Made by a program: the position numbers and the translations under genes. Under the pieces are notes generated by a model that saw only the letters and a program-made list of their open reading frames with translations, was not told where the DNA came from and did not search any database. From the NCBI GenBank assembly GCA_010909165.1, contig VJWM01000025.1:1550001-1614000 (forward strand): a stretch of DNA of 64,000 bases, in the 5' to 3' direction. Below, piece by piece: positions 56,990 to 64,000 of this stretch (positions are counted from its first letter, which is position 1; each line of letters opens with the position of its first letter). This DNA is from Anthoceros angustus (Eukaryota > Plantae > Anthocerotophyta).

Positions 56990-59900
56990 TCAAAGCATAG
57001 AAACGACTGAAACAATGGGCTCTGCATGCTTGACATCCCCCACCACAAAACTATGCACCAGGCCATCCATGTCTGTCCACCAGCTCTGGCCTGGTGGCTT
57101 CCACGCCCCAATTCCTAGTCGCTTAGCCTGCACCTCCTGTGCCTCCTTCCACATATGTACACCAGTATATATATTCGCCATCAACGCGTATGCTGCGGCA
57201 TCTTTTTCGTCCAGCTTAACGGCTTCAAGAAAAGCTGCGACTCCCACCTCCACGTTGCTCCACTTCTGACAAGCGGCCAACACACTATGCCAAGCTGAAG
57301 GAGGAGGCACAACAGGCATTTGCCTTACCACCACTAGCGCCTTCAAGGTGGCCAGCACGTCCTAGGAGATCCACCACGCACGTGTAGTGCTCAGCAGAGG
57401 GAGTTATGCTAAACTGTCTGCTCATAGCCTCAAAGTACTCTAGCCCCTTCCTTACTAGCCCCACATGACTGCACACCGTTAATAGACTCAGGAACGTGAA
57501 GCCATCTGGATGTATTCCATCCTCTTCAATTTGCTGAACGGAGGTGAAGACCTGTTTACTATCCCCTTGACGGGTGTATCCTGCGATCAGTGCATTCCAG
57601 ACAACAATGTCTCTTTCAGGTAGTACATCGAACACGTGCTGCGCATCAACCATGCTCCCAGACTTGGCAACATGTTTATCAAGCTCACAGCTACAGAGAC
57701 ATCAGTTTGAAGCCCTTGCTTTACAAGCAGCCATATCTGCACATACCTGCAGTAGGCATGAAAATGTTACGGAATCAGGTGCAGCAGAACCTTCTGCTCG
57801 CGTAGCAGCATACAGATGAAGGACTTTGTGACCTTCGCCTTGCTGGGAGTATCCTGCTATCATGGCATTCCATGTCACCACATTTTTTTTATCAAGTTCA
57901 TCAAACACGCTCTGGGCATCTGGCAGGCTGCCACAATTTGCTTACATGTTCACCAAACTGTTGGCTACAAAGACGTTAGCTTGAAGCCCATGCTCCTCAA
58001 TCTCTACATGCAGCTGCTTCCCTTTCTCCAAAGCTGGGGAACCCATAGTTGCGCATGCTTGCAGAAGAGATGCAAATGTAACAGAATTGGGTGGCACCAT
58101 GCCTTCCTCTTGCATGCTTGTGTAGACATGAAAAGCTTCCAAACCCTTCCCCTCCTGGGAATATCCTGCTATCATTGCATTCCATGTCACCACGTCTTTT
58201 TGGGCAAGTTCATCAAACACAGTCTGGGCATCCTGTATGCTCCCACACCTTGCATACATGCTTACCAAACTGTTAGCTACAAACACATCCGCCTGGAGCC
58301 CTTGTTCTACAATCTGCATGTGGACATGCCTTCCGTTCTCCAATGCTGAAGTACCCATACTTGCACATGCCTGCAGGATTGCCACATACGTCACCACGTT
58401 GCGTGCATACGTGCCACTTTTTCTCATAGCTCTGTACACTTCCAGGGCTTCCTCTCCAAAACCCTGCTGAGAGTATCCCGTTATCATTGCATTCCATGAC
58501 ACCACAGTTTTCTGACTAAATCCATCAAACACATTCTGAGCATCATGGAGGCTGCCGCACTTCCCGTACATGTTTACCAAACTGTTAGCTACATACACAT
58601 CAGCTTGAAGCCCTTTTCTTGAATCTGTGAATGAAGGTGCTTGCCCTTCTCCAAAGCTGCAGTGCCACTTGCACATGCTTGCAGGAGGCAAGCAAATGTC
58701 ACAGCATCTGGTCGAGCCATGCCTTCTTGTTGCATATCACTGTAGAGACGGAGGGCTTCCTCACCCCTACCTTGCTGGGAATATCCTGCTATCATGGCAT
58801 TCCATGTCACCACATTTTTTTTATCAAGTTCATCAAACACGCTCTGGGCATCTGGCAAGCTGCCACACTTTGCATACATGTTCACCAAACTGTTGGCTAC
58901 AAAGACATCAGCTTGAAGCCCATGCTCCTCAATCTCTACATGCAGCTGCTTCCCCTTCTCCAAAGCTGGGGCACCCACAGTTGCGCATGCTTGCAGAAGA
59001 GATGAAAACGTAACAGAATCGGGTGGCGCCATGCCTTCCTCTCGCATGCTTGTGTAAACATGAAAAGCTTCCAGACCCTTCCCCTGCTGGGAATATCCTG
59101 CAATCATTGCATTCCATGTCACCACGTCCTTTTTGGCAAGTTCATCGAACACAGTTTGGGCATCCTCTATGCTCCCACACCTTGCATACATGCTTACCAA
59201 ACTGTTAGCTACAAACACATCAGCCTGAAGTCCTTGTTCTTCAATCTGGGTGTGAACATGCCTCCCCTTCTCCAATGCTGGGGTACCCATACTTGCACAT
59301 GCCTGCAGGATTGCCACATATGTCACCACGTTGGGCGCATGGGTGCCACCTTTTTGCATAGCTCTGTACAGATCCAGGGCTTCCTCTCCTAACCCCTGCT
59401 GGGAGTATCCCGTTATCATTGCATTCCATGACACGACAGTTTTCTGACCGAGTCCATCAAACACATTCCGAGCCTCACGGAGGCTGCCACACTTCCCGTA
59501 CATGTTTAACAAACTGTTAGCTACATACACATCAGCTTGAAGCCCCTTTTCTTGAATCTGTGAATGAAGGTGCTTGCCCTTCTCCAAAGCTGCGGTGCCC
59601 ACACTTGCACATGCTTGCAGGAGGCAAGCAAATGTCACAGCATCTGGTCGAGCGATGCCCTCTTGTTGCATATCACTATAGAGACGGAGGGCTTCCTGAC
59701 CCATACCTTGCTGAGAATATCCTGCAATCATGGCATTCCATGTCACCACAGTCTTCTGAGGAAGACCGTCAAACACAATTGCAGCATCCTCTAAGCTGCC
59801 GCACTTGGCATACATGTTTATCAGACTATCGGCAACAAACAAATCAGCTTGAAGACCGTGTTGTTCAATCTGAGCATGAAGATGCTTTCCCTTCTCCAAA

Positions 59901-61129
59901 CCTGAGGTACCCTCACATGTGCATGCCTGCAGGAGGCATACAAATGTCACAGAATCTGGTGCAGTGGCGCCTTCCTCTTGCATAAGGCTATACAGATGAA
60001 GAGCTTTCTGACCCATGCCACACTCAATATCCTGCTATCATCGCATTCCAGGTCACCACAGATTTGGCACCAAGCTTGTTGAAAAGGCTTTCAGCATCCT
60101 CCAGGCTGCTACACTTTACATACATGTTCACCAAACTGTTGGCCACAAATGCATTAGCTCCAAGCCCCTGTTCTTCAATTTCAGCATGTACCTGCTTTCC
60201 CTTGTTCACAGCTTAGACGCCTATACTTGCACATGCCTGCAGGAGGCACACGAATGTCACAATATCGGCTGAAGCGAAACCTTCTTTTCGCATAGCACGG
60301 TGCAGATGGAATGCTTGCTCACCCATGCCCTGCTGGGAATATCCTGCTATCATGGCATTCCATGTCACCACATCTTTTTGACGGAGTCCATCAAACACAC
60401 CCTGAGCATCCTCTAGGCTTCCGCACTTGGCATACATGTTGACCAAGCTGCAACCTACAACCCCATCAGCCTGAAATCCTTGTTCTCTAATCTGAACGTG
60501 AAGGTCCTTCCCTGTTCTCAAAGCTGGGGCACCCACACTTGCACAAGCCTGGAGAAGGCTGATAAATATCACAGAATCAGGTGCACTAATGCCTCCTTCC
60601 TGCATAGCACTGTAAGATGAAGGGCTTCCTGACCCATGCCCTGCTGGGAATATCCTGTGATCAAAGCAGTCCATGTCACCACATCTTTTTGACGGAGTCC
60701 ATCAAACACACCCTGAGCATCCTCTAGGCTTCCGCACTTGGCATACATGTTGACCAAGCTGCAACCTAAAACCCCGTCAGCTTGAAACCCTCGTTTTTTA
60801 ATTTGAACGTGCAGGTCCTTCCCTATTCCCAAAGCTGGGGCACCCACACTTGCACAGGCCTAGAGAAGGCTGATAAATATTACAGAATCAGGTGCACTAA
60901 TGCCTCCTTCCTGCATAGCACTGTAAAGATGAAGGGCTTCCTGACCCATGCCCTGCTGGGAATATCCTGTGATCAATGCAGTCCACGTCACCACATCTTT
61001 CTCACGAATTCCGTCAAATATTCTTCGAGCGTCTCCCATACTGCCACACTTTGCATACATGTCCACCAAGCAACTAGAAACAAACAGATTAGGCTCACCA
61101 CCACTGGCCAGCACATCCATATGCACCAT
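56990..61129 (-). CDS. Long PLS-class PPR gene B (~11 PLS triplets) with E domain and WW-type E+, no DYW core; frameshifted
   Basis: Chain of ORFs from 60860-61129 to 56990-57358; ends [11 protein letters not shown]...[22 protein letters not shown]. Confidence 0.85.
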
Positions 61130-63773
61130 CTCCGCCTCCGCCTCTTCTTCTTGGGGGTTGGCTCCACCGGGGCTGCCGTCGCTGAAGACATAACGTCGTC
61201 CTCTGCAACACTAACCAGCCTCGTGGAGATGGTTCGCCGCGGGGGTGTGGCCCTTCTTTTCTGCCATGGAGGAACCAACAATTCTGGGTCAAAACATCCC
61301 ACATCAGATCCTTCCACAATTCAGGAACCCCTGGACGACATCTTACTCTGGCGCGCCGAGATCGTGTGGACTCCTCGGACAGCGTATCGTCTTCGTGCGG
61401 GGGGAGGGGTCGTTGTACCTCATCTGCCTCAGTTGGGGGCCTCTCAGCGCCTTCGGGTGGGGGCCGCGGAGGAGGCACATGCAAAAATCCCTGCATGTCC
61501 ATGAAGTTCGTGCCCTGCGCCTCCCCTCCCCTGCTCGTCCTCCTCCTCCTCCTCCTCCTCCCCTGTTTTCTGTAAGATACAGTACAGGTACCGTCGTAAG
61601 TTCCATAACAAACACATCGCTGTAAGATGCATTACAGCTATGCGATGTAAAATTTGCAACAAAACACACTGCTGTAACGTACATTACCGCTGAACCTGAT
61701 AATGTGAGCACATGCAAGGAAAAAACACAGTACCTTGCGACCATGGCTTCCACATGGGGGGGGGAAATGCGGGAACCCGCGCATCCTTGTACCTGCTGTC
61801 GCTCCTCTTCCTCCTCCCCAACCTCAACCCCTTCCTCCCCCGCTTCCTCCTCCCCTCCTTGTACCTGCTGTTCCTCCTCTTCCTCCCCAACCTCCTCCTC
61901 CCTTCCTCCACCCCACCTCCTCCCTTCCTCCCCTCCTCGTCCTCCCCTCTTTTCTGTAAGAAACATTACAGGTACCCGTCTTAAGTTCCACAACAAACAG
62001 ATGTCTGTAACATACATGAGAGCTAAACCCTGTAACTTCTACAACAAACGTATGTATGTAACATACATTACAACTATCCGTTATAGTACCTTCCGACCAT
62101 GCCTTGAACATGCGGGGGGGAAATGCTGGAACCCGCCCTTCCTTGTCCCTCCTGTGGCTCGGCTTCCTCCCCACGAACCTCATCCTCTTTTTCCCCCCCT
62201 TCCTGAACCCCCTCCTGCTCCTCCTCCTTCACCTCCTCCCCCTCTTCTCTATAAGATACATCACAGCTACTCGTCGTAAGTTCCACAACAAACACATTGC
62301 TGTAAGATGCATTACTGTCCGATGTAAAATCGCAACAAACACCTGCTGTAACGTACATTACAGCTACACGATAATCGAGAGCACATGCACGGAAAAAACA
62401 TACGATTACCTTCCGACCATGGCACATGGGGAAAATCTTGGAACCGCCCATCCTTGTACATCTTTGGCTCTCTTCCTCCCCAACCTCCTCCCCTCCTCAT
62501 CCTCCTCCTCCTCCTCCTCCTCCTCCTCCCTCCTCCTCCTCCTCCTCCTCCTCCTCCTCCTCCTCCTCAGATGATGAGAAATCCGTTATTTCGTCCTCAT
62601 CACTGCTCGTTGCGACGTTGGATTGTTCATGGTCGGTGGCCATGTCCTCATGTGCTCTCCGAGCTGCCCTTTCTTCCATTAACTTCACTTGCGCATCCAC
62701 TTGTATGTCCTCGTCTTCTATGCACTGCACCACCACGGCATTGGAACATGGAAAGGACATGAAAATGATGAACTGACAGGTGTAGAAATACTTACCAGGA
62801 ACCTGTAGGATGGGAACTCTTCAGATACTGGAAAAAGTGTTGCTCCCATAACCTCATGCGCTGCCTCATATCTTTCAGAAGTGTTCCATGAGGGAAAGAA
62901 TAGCCAAACACTCTGAACTCTTCAAAATAAGAACTTGAACCTGCAACATGGTTGGCCCAGTGAATGAAACCACTGCACAAAAGTGCAGCACTAGAGATGT
63001 CTTCTTGGATGGTAATCCTTGTAATCGTTGATGGCGTTCCCCACCCTTCCCCTGTCCACCCAATCACGGGTGCATCACCGTCTCCCGATCCATGCCTCCG
63101 GTCTGGATGCATTATCTTGTTGCAATGCATGGCAAGGTGGAAAAGCCCATCGATACTGTACCAGCCATTTACCTCGTCTAGCAAGGCAGGCTCTACAAAC
63201 CTCTCAAAAAAAGCGACCACATGTGCCGCTGTCACTCCAACTGGAAATGCTGCTTTCCCCGCCCAAGCACGTTCAGCACTCCTCACATCTTCCTTGGACT
63301 CCTGTTTCACATGGTCCGCTTCCCTCATAAATCTCACTAATTGTCTGGCCCGCCATCTTCTTGTGTACGCAGCCCCCTTCCGCCTTTTCTCCGCCGCTGC
63401 CGCAGCCGATCTCACAGGATTCGTGGGAATCCTCGCTATGTACATTCTGAACAATACATAATGTGATGTCAGTTACTGTAATACACAATAAGGCACGCGT
63501 TCACAGATACTTACTTGTGGTATTGGGCCATGTGTCGATTGAGGTCCTGGCGCCTTTTGCCTTCCCTCTTCCGGTCGCTCTGGTTACAATTCGGTAACAG
63601 GCACTTCTAGAAAGTGCCTCTCTCATTCCTGGAGTAATCAGTCTCTGGCTTTGCAACCTTGTATCCCCGTGGGACATTCTTGAGGTCTGCAAAAGATAGC
63701 TTGAACCTCTCGACCACGCGCCGGTTGCGCAAGTCGAGAGCATCCTGCATATCTTGCCTTGGCGAGCAAACAT
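61130..63773 (-). CDS. Unknown multi-exon gene, acidic and low-complexity C-terminal part
   Basis: ORFs 63501-63773, 62792-63454 and 62497-62760 linked by GTAAG...CAG introns of ~68 and ~71 nt; further GT-AG introns at ~62409-62249, 62089-61954 and 61733-61570. Confidence 0.5.
61570..62570. repeat. Triplicated ~300-390-bp exon-intron module with (CCT)n tracts
   Basis: Recurring CTGTAAG / TAAGTTCCA(C)AACAAAC / TACCTT.CGACCATG / GGGGAAAT.C.GGAACC blocks. Confidence 0.75.
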
Positions 63774-63865
63774 AGATCAAAGCGCGTTACTTGTTTACTT
63801 GTTTTCTCTAAGCTATATTACAAACCCAAGTAGTATATTACCTTGATTTCCCTTCCGGGCGACCA

Positions 63866-64000
63866 TGGCGGCGGCAACCACCGAGCCGCCTTGAAGGGTG
63901 AGCAGCCTTCACGTGTAAGGCACTCTGCGGAAACACAGCGGCGGCGGCAACCACCGAGCCGCCTTCAAGGGTGAGCGGCCTTCACGTGTAAGGCACTCTG
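63866..64000. repeat. ~75-bp tandem repeat running off the window end
   Basis: GGCGGCGGCAACCACCGAGCCGCCTT.AAGGGTGAGC.GCCTTCACGTGTAAGGCACTCTG twice. Confidence 0.8.

Overview
Eukaryotic plant nuclear DNA, probably hornwort or fern (inferred from co-occurring PPR DYW:KP-like and WW-type editing domains and short introns). About 1-53.6 kb is a tandem array of a ~10-13 kb mosaic unit: copy 0 is partial (1-3.75 kb) and copies 1-4 start at ~3.76, 16.59, 30.89 and 47.02 kb. Read on the minus strand, each unit carries an apparently intronless LRR receptor-like kinase with a WAK-like kinase domain and a hypervariable ectodomain, an intron-containing SPT5 fragment fused to a PPR-E-DYW:KP remnant, a ~20-bp and a palindromic 30-bp minisatellite, and a TIR-bounded PIF/Harbinger-like remnant. 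Individual copies carry private insertions: a CRE-clade RT+RLE non-LTR retrotransposon (17.1-21.1 kb), a full-length Copia element (40.1-45.0 kb) and a Tc1/mariner-like element (45.3-46.5 kb). At ~53.65 kb the last kinase copy is fused to a PLS-class PPR gene. A PPR-derived hairpin, a very long PPR gene ending in a WW-type E+ domain, and an unknown spliced acidic gene with a triplicated exon-intron module follow. Many frameshifts fall in homopolymers and look like long-read consensus errors, so intact versus pseudogene calls are provisional. All comparisons were made by eye and boundaries are approximate.
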